From: Bispira polyomma
Lineage: Eukaryota
DNA: 64,000 bases
NCBI GenBank assembly: GCA_965649765.1
Contig: OZ287758.1
Coordinates: 11,966,001-12,030,000, forward strand
Reading direction: 5' to 3'
Positions 14,272-27,025 of this stretch are shown here, in pieces. The translations under genes and the position numbers were made by a program. Below the pieces are notes generated by a model. That model was not told the DNA's origin and made no database searches. It worked only from the letters and a program-made list of their open reading frames with translations. How positions within the stretch are numbered: position 1 is the first letter of the stretch; every line of letters starts with the position of its first letter.

Positions 14272-16428
14272 ATGGATGAGTTAAATACAGGAAGTTTACA
14301 GGAAAGGTTGAAGCCTATCATTACTTGTGATATTTGTGAGGAACTGTTAGATAGGCCGCATGAATGGCCCTGTTTACACCATTCTTGTTTCAAGTGTATA
14401 CTACCACCACAAAATGGTGAAGAAACTAGTAACCTAAATGGGGACTTGTTGTGTCCCAAATGCCAGTGTAAATGCAGCAGAGATGAGGTTAAGAGCAAGA
14501 CCCTGCTGGAAACCATCATATCAACTGTGACACAACATGATGATGTCAAGCTTAAAATGGCAGATGCAGCTGAAGTCTCTGAAATAGTTGAAGAAAGTTC
14601 AAGGTCAGAAGGGGTGGATGGTGGCACAAAAGATTCTTATACTAACAATGACTGTCGAGAGAAACACTCAAAAAGGAAACTAGCCCTAGGTGTATCGCTA
14701 ACAGAAACTGATCTATCATCGGCGACTTTGAGGCAAACCGTGAAAAGTTCTCAAGTCCTTTCACGGTATAATACTCTGCCAGTCGCTGTCTCCACTGAAG
14801 ATGACAACACTGACAGAAATGAGATGGTATTTGATGAAATCGATGAAAACAGCGGTGCTACCGATACTTCGGTACTCATGGTGAATAGCTTTTGTGAGAC
14901 TCACAAGGATAATAAGGTGATTTACTTCTGTGTGACATGCAAGGACGTGATCTGTGCCAAGTGTCGCTTTGTCAGCCACCCGAAACACTTTGTTTTGTCC
15001 ATCAAAGAAGCCTTTCAGAAAGAGAAGAATTCTATGATGGATAACTTGCAGTGGATCCAAGCATATAATGAAACCCTGGCCAAACAAATTTCAGAGATTG
15101 AGAATCTTGAAGAGAAGAAAAGAAAGAATCGAGAGACGATGCTAACCAGTGTTATCGCTGCAAAGGAAAGAGCATTGGAAAGGGTCGAGAGTGATTTTAT
15201 AGCCTTATGTACAGAAATAGAAGAACGGTTCAACTCTCATCACAGCGAATTAGAACTTGCAAAGTCTGATATGTGTAAGTTTGCAGAATCAAATAAAAAC
15301 ATCTGCAGGTGGACCAACGGTCTATTGAGTAAAGTTGGGGGTTCAGAAGTGCTCCGTGAAATTAAAGGTGAGCTGAATGAAAAGATTACGTCAAAGATAG
15401 ACAGCCTAGGAGTCTCATATGTAGATAATATTGACATATGTGACAAGGATTTTAAATTTATTTCACGTTCAGACGAGTCTAATCTTATTGGCTCTCTGAG
15501 TGATGTTGCTGTTTCGGAAGTGGATTTTGAAATTGCTTCAAATGGAGAAGCACCTGGTGTTCAAAATCAGGATTCATCACAGAATGTTGAAGTTGCCGTA
15601 AGAATTCTACCAACCTTTTCTTTAAGCCACCTGTTCAAAGACAAGGGTACGCAGGTTAGATCCTTCAAGCTCAACAAGTGGTGCCACAGGTTCTGTTACT
15701 TCGAGGGGAAAATATGGTGTCCCAGTTGTTTTTCCAATGTCATAGATATCTATGAGGTAACAGGCAAATTTGTTCGCTCCATCGTGTGCAAGGATGCAGA
15801 CAGCTGTAGGGCAGTGCACCCTGTCAAAAGACACCAAATGGCTGTTGCGGCAAAGAAAGGACTGTTTGTTGTGGACACTAATGGGAAGCAGCAGCAGAAA
15901 CTATACAGTGGAAGCTTCAGAGATGTCACTGCTAATCAGGAAATTCTTGTTGGCATCAGAGAAAGGGGGACTTATTGTGACACAATACATGTACTCAGTA
16001 CAGTTGATTTTTCAATTAAGCACACATTCACACTGAAGGGTTCCTTCTGCAAGCGACTGATTGTTAAAGGAGATAATTTGTTTGTCAGTTTTCATGAGCC
16101 TTACAAACAGTCGTACGTGTCGGTGTATCAACTATCTGGGTTCGAGAAGTTTAAATCTGGTATCCATGGGCGAGGCACCAACAAGGTTGATTGTCCACTT
16201 CTTGGCTGCATTGATGGTGATGACAATGTTCTTATTGCAGACGTGTACAATAGTTGCATACAGGTGCTGGATAGCCAAGGAAAATGGACACGGGTGAAAC
16301 AGCAGAGCAAGCATCCATATGATGCCTTGGTTATAGAAGGGGACCAGATGTTGATTCTATGTAATGACAATGCCAGTACTAGATTCAATGTGGTTGGAGG
16401 AAGCCTTGTGTATGTGTACCAGTTGTGA
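14272..16428 (+). CDS. TRIM/RBCC E3 ubiquitin ligase-like protein (RING, one B-box2, coiled coil, NHL-like beta-propeller), single coding exon, 718 aa
   Basis: Uninterrupted ORF. RING CDICEELLDRPHEWPCLHHSCFKC...CPKC; B-box CETH...FCVTCKDVICAKC...HPKH; heptad-rich helical middle; beta-strand repeats with NHL-like 'IDGDDNVLIADVYNSCIQVLDSQG'. Confidence 0.9.
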   Translation: MDELNTGSLQERLKPIITCDICEELLDRPHEWPCLHHSCFKCILPPQNGEETSNLNGDLLCPKCQCKCSRDEVKSKTLLETIISTVTQHDDVKLKMADAAEVSEIVEESSRSEGVDGGTKDSYTNNDCREKHSKRKLALGVSLTETDLSSATLRQTVKSSQVLSRYNTLPVAVSTEDDNTDRNEMVFDEIDENSGATDTSVLMVNSFCETHKDNKVIYFCVTCKDVICAKCRFVSHPKHFVLSIKEAFQKEKNSMMDNLQWIQAYNETLAKQISEIENLEEKKRKNRETMLTSVIAAKERALERVESDFIALCTEIEERFNSHHSELELAKSDMCKFAESNKNICRWTNGLLSKVGGSEVLREIKGELNEKITSKIDSLGVSYVDNIDICDKDFKFISRSDESNLIGSLSDVAVSEVDFEIASNGEAPGVQNQDSSQNVEVAVRILPTFSLSHLFKDKGTQVRSFKLNKWCHRFCYFEGKIWCPSCFSNVIDIYEVTGKFVRSIVCKDADSCRAVHPVKRHQMAVAAKKGLFVVDTNGKQQQKLYSGSFRDVTANQEILVGIRERGTYCDTIHVLSTVDFSIKHTFTLKGSFCKRLIVKGDNLFVSFHEPYKQSYVSVYQLSGFEKFKSGIHGRGTNKVDCPLLGCIDGDDNVLIADVYNSCIQVLDSQGKWTRVKQQSKHPYDALVIEGDQMLILCNDNASTRFNVVGGSLVYVYQL

Positions 16429-17934
16429 CTGTTACTGTATCTTAAAATTAGACAAAGGAAGCTTCTCTATAAAAGTTGTTTGTGCTTTGTATTTGTAAGA
16501 TAATTCAAACTTTGCTAAGTGATAAAGGATAAAGGTTTGGACGTGTGATGCAGAATCAAATGCATAAGTATTTTAACACAATGTATCATGTACATAGTGT
16601 GACAGCTTTGTAATTAGTGAGTATGCATTCTGGCTATTGTATATTTGGCTGATTAGCTGCTTCTGCTAAGATATTTTTGGCTATTCTACCACACTGTTGT
16701 ATATATATTTGTGAAGAATATTTAGTAAATGTATCATTCGCAGGTGGATTTAAACTTGTACAGAATTCTAACTCTCTTCCTTATTTGGCAATTTTAAAAA
16801 CTTTTCGTCTAGCTGGCTTTCTATAGTTTCTCAAAATCTTAAAGCTGGTTCACCATTTTAAATATTTATTTGATCATACATCAATTGTCTGGACATTGAT
16901 TATGGTGTTCTAGAAGTAAAAGATTGAACTGTTATTGCCCTGTTATTGCTCATGCACACCTCAACCCTGTCCTGCCTTCCTCATCCAACCTTACAGAACA
17001 ACAAATTATGTAGTCTCAGCCGATATTAAGGTTAAGACACCACCTTGCTTGCCTGTCTTAGCCCAACAGGCTACTTAGTCCAGTAAATTTGTCTGACATT
17101 ACATCATTTCAGATGATAACATTGGTCAGTCTGTGATTTTGGGCTTTCAACATAGCCTTGCTTCTTAATTTACACTTCTCCTGATCTATATTTTCTGTTA
17201 CCCTTGTTACGTCTATTTACATTTAGAGTTTGACTCCCCTTGTTTCTGGTGAGAATCTGGAAAGAGTTTGACATAAACAAAAATTAACATGAAGGTTATA
17301 TCAGTTTGTAATGCCAAATGGCTGACTATATTTGTGGAGAGGATGTAACCGATGACCTGTGTCGCAGAGAATTTTTGACAAATATTACCTACTTTATAGT
17401 TCATGCTTGAGATTTCCAATGAGTCACGAGGTATAAACATAAGGATGTACAGCACCAAAGTAATAATGAGTTACAATATTATTTTCATTCATATTCCATC
17501 AGTTTTACAGCAAAATTTCAGCAATATTGTCTGTGGACCTGTTCGGCCTAGTGGTTTTTGAGTTCATTTGGTGATCAGGAACCCTCTGGTTCGACCCTTG
17601 GTAATGTCATATCCTTAGGTTGTATGAATATATTCCATATCCTACTTGTGATGACCAAGGCTATGTTGTAGGACTAACCCCTTCTGGGAGAACAAATGGC
17701 TTGGAGGACGCTATATAAAATCTTTAAATATAAATAATACACTGCGTATGGGATGTGACCAAGACTTATAAATATCAATAAGATATTGTGTGTGTACACA
17801 GAAGTCATTTGTGACCTTATATTTGCATTGTGTTATTGGTTTGGTACTTGGGACATAGTCCGGCCAATTTAGGCCAAACAATAGGTCAACCTAGAAATAA
17901 TTGCAGAATTACAGAATTTTTTTTATGTTGCATA

Positions 17935-19345
17935 AGAGAGAAAGAGTAAGAGAGAGACAGGAGGGTAGGAGGGGTAAGGGGACCGCGGTGGCCTAGTGGT
18001 TAGGAAGTATTGCGTTTCACAATCATTGGTCTCTCACCTCTCGGATCAGCTAGCGTGGGTTTGACTCCCGTCAATGCCTTTGTGGAAAAGGTGGTAGTTC
18101 CTTACTATAGGCCGCTGGTTTCAGTGTAGAACCTTGATCAATTGTATGCAGTGTTTCCTCCAGCATTTCCAACTACCCGTCCCTATATAACCTTAACAGG
18201 TACTGGAGGGGACGTTAAATATGCAAATTTTAAAAAAAAGAAAAGGAGGGGTAAGTGAAAAAGGGGGTTAAGAGAGAAACAGGGGGTAGGAGGGGTAAGA
18301 GAGAGAAAGAGGGGGGTAAGAGAAAGAAAGAGGGGGGTAAGAAAGAGAAAGAGGGGGGGGTAAGAGAGAGAAAGAGGGGGGTAAGACAGAGAAAGAGGGG
18401 GGTATGAGAGAGAAAGAGGGGGTAAGAGAAAAAGGGGGTAGGAGAGAGAAAAAGAGGGAGGGTAAGAGAGAGAAAGAGGGGGGCAGGAGGGGTAAGAGAG
18501 AGAAAGAGGGGGTAAGAGAAAGAGGGGGGGTAGGAGAGAGAAATAGGGGGGTAAGACAGAGAAAGAGGGGGGTAAGAGAAAGAGGGGGTAAGAGAAAAAG
18601 GGGGGTAGGAGGGGTAAGAGAAAGGGGGGGGTAAGAGAGAGAGGGGGGTAGGAGAGAGAAAGAGGGGGGTAAGAGAGAGAAAGAGGGGGGTAAGAGAGAG
18701 AAAGAGGGGGGGGTAAGAGAGAGAGAAAGAGGGGAGGTAAGAGAGAGAAAGAGGAGGGTAGGAGGGGTAAGAGAGAGAAAGAGGGGGGTAAGAGAGAAAA
18801 GAGGGGTGTAAGAGAGAGAAAGGGGGGGTTAAAGGGAGAAAGAGGGGGGTAGGAGGGTTAAGAGAGAGAAAAAGGGGGTTAAGAGAGAAAAATGGGGTAA
18901 AAGAGAGAAAGCGGGTAAGAGAGAGGACAGAGGGGGGGGGGGATAGGGGTAAGTGAGAGAAATGGGGGGGGTTAAGTAAGAGAAATATTGGGGGTTGAGA
19001 GAAAGGATGGGTAAGAGGGGTAGGTCAGAGACAGGTTAGGTAGAAGGTGGTGAGAGAAAAGAGGGGGGTAGGAGGGGTAAGTGGGAGAAAGAAGGGGGGG
19101 GGCGTAGGAGGGGTAAGTGAGAGGAAGAGGGGGGGTAGGAGGGATAAGTGAAACATGGGGTGGAGGTAAGAGAGAGAAATATGGGTGGGAGGGGCAAGTG
19201 AGAGAAAGAGGGCGGGATAAGAGAGAGACAGGGGAAGGAAGGGTGAGTGAGAGAAAGGTGGGGTAAGAGGATTAAGTGAGAGAAAGATAGAGGGTAAGTG
19301 AGAAAGACTGAGGAAAGGGTGAGAGGTCAGGAGAGGGGCCAAGAG
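17935..19345. repeat. Purine-rich minisatellite (about 20-bp unit GGGGGGTAAGAGAGAGAAAGA)
   Basis: Directly visible; homogeneous over 18280-18900 and degenerate beyond. Confidence 0.95.
17979..18238 (+). mobile_element. tRNA-headed SINE family A, inserted in the host minisatellite
   Basis: A box GGTGGCCTAGTGG, B box GGTTTGACTCCC, A-tail; high similarity to 44151-44393 and 4835-5409. Confidence 0.85.
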
Positions 19346-19699
19346 AATGATAGGGTAGGTAGTATATTTCAGCTTTCAGTATATTTCTCCCTTTACCCTT
19401 CACCTTCCTTACCAAAGCAGTAGAGAAACTGTTTATGTAATATGCCGCACTAGTTAACTTATGGTTCTTAATGTCGCAATAATTTAGTTGTTTTGTGCTT
19501 TACATAAAACATTTAATCCATAGGTCAGGAAAGGCACAGAAAATAATAGGGTGATGGGGGCAGGCAGTATATTTCAGCAACTTTTTTTCTTTTTCATAAA
19601 ATTTATTCAGTAATATATATATATATAGAGAGAGATTACATCTAGAAATACCTAATCAAACTAAACAAAATCTATATCTAAATCATCCATACTGAAAAT

Positions 19700-22077
19700 C
19701 TGAATAAACAAAAAAAATCTTACAATATACTTAAATATGCCTAGGGGATTTCTCGTATACATATTTAATATTATTACTATTAATAAGTTTCTTTTTGAAT
19801 TTATGTTGATTCCTACATATCCAAATTACCCATCTAGCTTCAGCCATCAACAAAATTGACAAAGTATTTACATTTTAAACTTAGACTTTTTTAAAGCACT
19901 AAAAAGAACATTACAACAAATAATACTAACCCTTGATCTTGAAACTCTTGATAAAATATCTTCAATATACCTCCACAAAGAAATTACCACATTACAATGA
20001 TGAAACAAATGCTCTAAAGTTTCATTACCATTACAACATAATTCACAACCAGGATTTTTAACAATTCTATTCAAAGTATAAAGATAATAATTTCCTGGTA
20101 AAATCCTATGCACTATCCTAAACGTAATATCCCTACTTTCAGAAGATAATAAACTTGAACTTGTATTGAAAAAACTTCACTCTAATCAATATGAACAAAC
20201 CTTAAACACACTCTAGGCAACTTAATAATTTTCTGTACAAGTACATTATAAATTTTCCTAACTGTTGTAGTTTGAAGATCAAAACTAGGATTCATTGAAA
20301 GTAATTCTTTAAAATTTTTAACAGCAATTTTATACTATTTAGGTTTCACCATACTATAAGGAACATTGTTAAAAGAAAGTTTTTTTAATTTTAAAAAATC
20401 ACCCAAATAATCTCTCAAATCAAAATTTAACCAATGTAAAACCAAATCCTTCCACTTTTTATAACCCCCAAAAATAAAAATCACAATTGCATTACAGTGA
20501 AATTGGTCTCCAATAATTTAACAAATGAGAATTCTCAGAATTCTTAGAAATTAAAGTAATTACCCTCAACTTTTGACTTTCCGACAAAGATTCCCCCGAT
20601 AATAAGTATTAGCCATATTAACAAAATAATCCCCAACAACATCCCAGTTAATCTCATAAAATTAGGCAACCCATCAATCCTTGGTCATTTCTCATTTTTC
20701 ATACCCTTTAAAGCCTTTAAACATTCCCCCTTTGTTAAAACCCCCTCACACGTGAGCTGCTGTTGTATACTTAAAGTGGATAAATCTTTAATAAAATAAC
20801 CGACCAAACTCTGATCCACTTCCTCCTTCAAGAAAGATCCCTACAAAACTTTCTAACATGCTTTAAAATGTCATCCCTCTCACTAACTACAACCCCATTC
20901 CCTACCTCTAATTTCTGTATATTTTTCTTTTCAGCCCTCTTAGTTTCCATCTGTAAAAATACCTTGAAGGTTTTTCATTCCCATCCAAACTCACCTTTGA
21001 CCTAACCCTTGACCCCTCCCTACAACAATCCAAAAGATTATTTATTTCATTTTCAACCCTATGAACATCATCCTTATACACACCAGAATTAACCTTAGAC
21101 AAATCCCAATACTTAAAATACTCTTTTTGCAAATCCTTATATTTTAACCGAACAATTTGATTCAATCTTTTTGAATGAACTTGAATTAAACTTTTACATT
21201 TCTTTTTAAAATCATCCCACATACTAGGACATATATCAATTACATCTTTAAATTCTTTATTACAAAGAGCTGTTGAGTCAGTTTTTAAATTCACATCTTT
21301 CAAAATGGAGGTATTACACTTCCAAAAACCTGGTCCCACAATACACCCCAAATCTGAAATATTCACCTCTAATTTCACCATATTGTGATCACTAATATTA
21401 AATGGTACAGGAATATTTTTAATAGAAGAAATTGTTTTCAAAACTTTCCTTTTCACATAAAATCTGTCAAGCCTATATAACACCTTTCTGCCAACTCCCC
21501 CACCTTCCCAAGTGAATTCCCTCTTTGTTCTATTCAAATGTCTAAATAGGTCTACTAAATTGAAATCACACTTTAACTTGCTAAGCTCCACACCAACTAT
21601 ATCCCCCAGTTCCTGATTTCCACCTTTTTTTATCTAAACTAACATTTTCTACAAAATTAAAATCCCCTCCTAAAACTAACAACTTTTTTGTCACTAAATA
21701 TTTTGATAAACTAACTATAAATTTCTTTTTCTAGCAATATTTAGCATATATACATTTATAAATCTATACTCAACATCATTCATTTCTAAATCCAACACTA
21801 AATACCTTTCCTCATAATCAAAATTCAAACTTTTATATTTAAGACTATGGTTTAGTCAAATACCAACTCCACAATGTTTTTCCCCAAAAGCCCACAAAGT
21901 CTTTTCTCTATATTGTTTACCCCAATTTATCCCCTCCCTTATAATTAAACAATATGTCTCTTAAAGAAATTTTATATCAAAACCTTCCTAATTCACCAAA
22001 TTAAATACATTAACCCGTTTATTTATATCCCTAAAACCCCTGACATTAAATGAAATATTTAAAGTATTCACTGCCAT
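19700..22077 (-). pseudogene. Tx1 copy A ORF2 (APE endonuclease-RT), RT core deleted
   Basis: Starts MAVNTLNISFNVRGFRD; pieces 20908-21591 and 19868-20113; no YADD visible. Confidence 0.8.
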
Positions 22078-22319
22078 AATAAAACAATATTAAAAATACA
22101 CATTATTACCAGAAAAAAAAACCTGCTATATACACAGGTACCTGTCCATTTAACATCCATCAACGTCATAATCCACAAACCATTGTCCATATCCAGTGGA
22201 AAAGTCCAAATCCAATAAACAGTGTCCATCCCATTGTCCAAAACCATAATCCTCAAAAGCACACAAAAAGCCATTGGTTCATATAAAAAGAATACACTAG
22301 TTTGTCCTAACTTTCTTTC

Positions 22320-23452
22320 TCTTAGCCTTGTCCTCCTAATCCTTCTGATCAATTGGCTTTTTTAATGAAATACTAGCCACCTCCATCACATCTTCATCTA
22401 TTACAAGATCCCCCTCACTATCTGTCCAATTATCCTCAACACCAGCATCCTCCTTATCCACCACTCGCTCCTTACTAGTATTAGTATTCTTCGATTTATT
22501 GTCTGATTTAGTATCCGATTGCTGACCCTTCTTAGGTACCACCCTGAAGCACTTGATTTACTCTGTGCTGCTTCATTACCCTTCTGTACCTCCTCCGGCT
22601 CATCCATATCCACTTCCTGTTCCGGCTCCTGCCCCTAAGAATTGTCTCTGGCTTTATTTGCATAGGATTTACGGAATGAACAATCTTCACTTGAATGATC
22701 TTCCAGCTTGCAGTGTCTACAAAAATTTGAAGTGCATTGTGCTCTCACATGTCCAATCTTCTTACATTTAAAGCACACCGGCCTTCTCCCTGGAATAGTT
22801 AATAAAGCCGGCTTTGTTATATTCTTGAAATGGATAGAATCCAAACTAGGTATCTCCACATCCTCATCTACTTCTAACACTATTGTTCTTACAGACGTTC
22901 GAACATGTTGATAATGTGGCACCCAAAACCAACACCCCTCACCAGTCCAAACTGCGATATATGAGCCAAAACATGGGTCATTGGCACATAAACTGGTAAC
23001 CAGTGAAGTCTCACCATTACTACCTCCTTGCACATACAAACTTTCCTAGCTGCAGAAGTCCTAGTTCTGAAAGTTGTAGCCAAACAAGTAGCTGCAGACT
23101 CTGCAGTAGTAAAAGTAGCCAACCATACATTGTTCTGATTCAAAAACCACAGTGCTAGCAAGTCCTTTAAATCCATTGAATCTGAGAGACAACTTATCAT
23201 TTCATCCCTAATAAAAGGTTTACCCTCTCTAGGGAAAATAACCTTGACTGTATACTATTTCCGTGGCCTATGAAAATCCATTTCTAAAAGTGACTGACAC
23301 AAAGATAAACTTTTTATAGCCTTTTTGGCATTTGAAATAGCCTTCTCCACTAAAGCACGCTCATGAGTTGAATGTAAAGTTTTGAAGTCTCTAAATGAGT
23401 CATCCATTAATTGTGACAACGGATCCCTTTATATTTCCTTTCCTTTTGCCAT
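22320..23452 (-). pseudogene. Tx1 copy A ORF1 (gag-like, CCHC knuckles), frameshifted
   Basis: ORF-track pieces 22889-23200, 22635-23039 and 22336-22542 align with ORF1 of copies B and C. Confidence 0.8.
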
Positions 23453-23509
23453 CCTCACTGAATCACTATCACAAAATCACAAACTACTATATTTCAGCAA
23501 CTGCCTTTT

Positions 23510-23941
23510 TTAATTTTTATCATATTTATTCAGTATATACATGTTAAAAAACAGTATCACAACAAAACATACAAAAAAAACATCAATCAAAATTAACTGA
23601 AAAAGAAAACCAAAGTTTTCAAAATCAAACGTATAAATTTTCTAGTAAACTATATACAGAAAAATAACTATAAGGCACAAAAAATATATATTTAATTTTC
23701 ATAAAATTTATTTAGTATATACATATTAAAAACAGTACCACAACAAAATATATAAGAAAAACATCAATCAAAATTAACTGAATAAGAAAACCAAAGTTTT
23801 CAAAATCAAACGTATCAAAATTCCAGTAAACTATATACAGAAAAAATATCTATGAGGCACAAATAATATATATTTTTTAATTTTCATAAAATTTATTCAG
23901 TATATACATATTAAAAACAGTACTACAACAAAATATACAAG
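23510..23941. repeat. About 183-bp tandem repeat (2.4 units) made of the Tx1 copy B 3' terminus
   Basis: Units start near 23510, 23692 and 23877, each beginning TAATTTT...ATTTATT(C/T)AGTATATACAT.TTAAAAACAGTA. Confidence 0.85.
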
Positions 23942-24243
23942 ATTTGGCCATTTAAAGACTAGCAAGAAAACAAAATTATGGTGGCCCAGGTTTGAATAAT
24001 TAATAGTGACCAAAAATAATTTGCATTAAAAATTAAATTATAGACAATACATTAAAGAGCAACAATTAAAGAACAAAAAACATAATCCGGATCAAAGCCA
24101 TATATATAGTCTATCAAAAAGGAAACCAAACACAAAAGAAAAATAATGTTTCTATACAAAAAACAATAGCCATGTACATGCCCAAACAAAAGGACACATA
24201 ATAAAAACACTACTCACTAATTATGGTTACAAAACGATGAATA

Positions 24244-27025
24244 TTACCACTTTAAAAACATCAAATTAAGACTACCAACTTATTATCTACAACTGTACAC
24301 AAAATATTATTATATGCCCATAAATTTTTTAATTTTACTCTAGTTAATCTCTGAAAATCCGATTTAATCCTAACTTTAACATTTTTTTTATAAATTTACA
24401 TTTCAAATAATTTGAATTAATATACTGTTCCTCAAACTTATGTAAATTTCTAAAATACTAAATAACCAACCTCCCCTCAGCAATTAATACAATAAATAAA
24501 TTATTAAGATTTTTAAATTTAGCTTTTGAAAAAGTGTTAAAAATAATATCTCTTGATGTAATCTTAACTGTACATTAAGAAATCTTCGATAGTAATTCAG
24601 AAACATGAACCCAAAGTGGATGAGCAACCTGACAATAATAAATAAATGAAACAAACTTTCTGCAGCTATATTACAAAATGTACACTTTGGGATTTTAACT
24701 ATTTTATTCAATCTGTACAAGTAATCATTTATGGGTAATATGAGATGCGATATCCGGAAGGTCACATCCCTACTTTCAGGCGACATCAAAGGGCAATTCA
24801 AATTTGAAAAAGCACCTGGAAAATTTATATTTGGATAAACACCTATTATTCTTGGAATAATTAAAACTTTTTGATTCAAAATACTATAAACCTTTTTTTA
24901 GATCTAAATCAGGATCAATTTTCAACATATTTTTCAGGCTGGACATTGCATTCAAATAAAAGAGAGGTTTTGAGAGACTATAAGGTTTATTATTATGAGT
25001 GAAATTAGGAGACAAATATTTCCTTAAATCCAACTTAAGCCAATATAATGCCAAATCTTTCCATTTCCTATACTCCCCATATATAAAATCACAAAGGTGT
25101 ACTATTTGGAAAGCCTTAATCTTTAATTCAATATTCACTAAATTAATTCCCCCTTCTCCATAATCCAGATATAAAACTTCCATTTTTAAACATTCAGTTT
25201 TATTCCCTCATACAAAAGAAAACATTTCAGATTAAAACTTATTCAAAGTATAAGAATTTCGAGGAATTTAGCTGAAAAACAGATCCAGATTTACACGATC
25301 TAAAGCTTTGGACTGATCCAGCGACAAAACAATGCACTTTAACCGCATTTGACTATTATAATCAATAATATTTCTCAATAAATGAATGTTGTCCTGAATA
25401 GATCTCCCAACTACAGCGGATGTTTGGTCAATGTTTACTAAAAAACCCATTACTTTTTTAACCCTATTTGTAATACATTTACTTATTATTTTATAATCAC
25501 AGCATAGCAAAGAGATGGGACACCAATAATTAAGAGGATGTGCTTTCTCATTATCTTTACAAATCAAAGTAATAACCCTAAGTTTTTGTGTATCCAAAAG
25601 AGTACCCTCCCTAAAACAGGTATTGGCCATATTTACAAAACTATCCCCTAAAAGATCCCAATTTAACTGATAAAATTCTTTTGGCAAACCATCAATACCT
25701 GGAGATTTATCATTTTTCATACCTACAACTGCCCTATAGCACTCCGCTTTAGTTAAGCGACCTTCACATAACTTTGCTTGTTCATTAGTTAAAAGAGCCA
25801 AATCTTTAAAAAAATAATCTACTAAATTCTGATCTATTTCTGTTTTATTAAAAAGTTGCTCATAAAATTGCCCTACATGTTTTAAAATATCATCTTTATT
25901 TTGTACAAATTTCCCATCCCCAATTTCTAACTTTTCAATCATTTTTCGCTCAGCTCTTTTCTTTTCCTTATTCAAAAAAGGTTTCTCATCATAATCCAAA
26001 TGCTTAATTTTTTATCTAATTTTTGACCCTTCAAAACTCTTATCCTAAAGGCTATTAATTTTCCATCTCATATTTTTGAATATCATTTTTATATAACCCT
26101 GGAGTTAATTCTTCTAAATTCTTATATTTAAAATACTTTTTTTGTAACTCCCTGTACTTCAATTTTGTAACCAAATGAAGTCTTTTAGAATGATTTTGAA
26201 TTAATTTCCTACATTTACTTTTAAAAGAATCCCACATACAGGGAGAAATAACTGGTACATTGTGTAACTCTCTATCCCACAAAGCTTTTAAATCTAACTT
26301 GAAGTCATGGTCTATTAAAGTATTAACATTACATTTCCAAAAGCCAGGCCCTAACGTTTCAATAGAGGACAAATTTTGAAAACCCATATTAACAACACAA
26401 TGGTCACTAATATTGGATAAAACAGGGGAATTCTTGATAGTAGAAATTTGGGTAGCAGTTTTTTTTGACACATAAAATCTATCAAGCCTACATTGAATTT
26501 TGTCATGCCCATTACCCGCCTCCCATGTAAACTGTCTTAATGAATGGTTTTTATGCCTGAATGGATCTAAAAGGCCAAAGTCCCTTTTCAAATGATTAAT
26601 TTCTAAAGCACCCACATCACCAGACTTCAAGTTTCCACCCTTTTTATCTAAACTTAAATCTTCAACAAAATTAAAATCCCCTCCCAAAATAATAGTTCTT
26701 TTTGAAATTAAAAATTTTGATAAGCCAGAGATAAAAAGTTTTCTTTCTCCAGAATTATTTGGTGCATAAATATTAATAAATCTAAATTCTGTATTATCAA
26801 TGTCCACATCTAAAACCAAAAACCTACCTTGAAAATCAAACTGAAAATTTACAACCTTAAATTTTAACAAATGGCTGAGCAAAATACCAAACAATGTGTC
26901 TCCTGCAATAAAGTAACATCAAAATTTTCCATATTTACAATATTAAAAACTTTCAAACGCTTATTATAATCCCTAAAACCTCTCACATTTAAAGTGGCAA
27001 TATTAAAAGTTTTATTTACAGACAT
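24244..27025 (-). pseudogene. Tx1 copy B ORF2 (APE-RT-zinc finger), deletions in the EN N-terminus and RT core
   Basis: NVRG, QETH, GGDFN, RLDRFY, SDH, KSPGIDG; sequence jumps at about 25265 past the YADD region. Confidence 0.85.

Larger units (their letters stand above)
19583..23487 (-). mobile_element. Tx1-clade non-LTR retrotransposon copy A (5' end present, internally deleted, degenerate)
   Basis: ORF1 fragments (PGRRPVCFKCKKIGHVRAQC zinc knuckle); APE fragments ([17 protein letters not shown]); zf-RVT-like C-terminus (CELC...ETLEHLFHHC); A-tail; perfect 15-bp TSD TATATTTCAGCAACT at 19568-19582 and 23488-23502. Confidence 0.92.

Noticed and set aside
14205-16388. Antisense or overlapping ORFs within the TRIM genes and TE ORFs (e.g. 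14761-15087, 41055-41339, 30580-31011, 59083-59445)
   Set aside because: Shadow frames of real coding sequence with no motifs.
17979-18075. tRNA gene
   Set aside because: tRNA-like SINE head; no cloverleaf, and it continues into a repeated SINE body.
18404-19342. R/E/G-rich and L/S/P-rich ORFs (also 53992-54572)
   Set aside because: Translations of the purine minisatellite.
19540-19582. Tx1 target as an snRNA, tRNA, 5S or spliced-leader gene
   Set aside because: No A/B boxes, Sm site or recognisable RNA sequence seen by eye; an Rfam search would be needed to exclude it fully.
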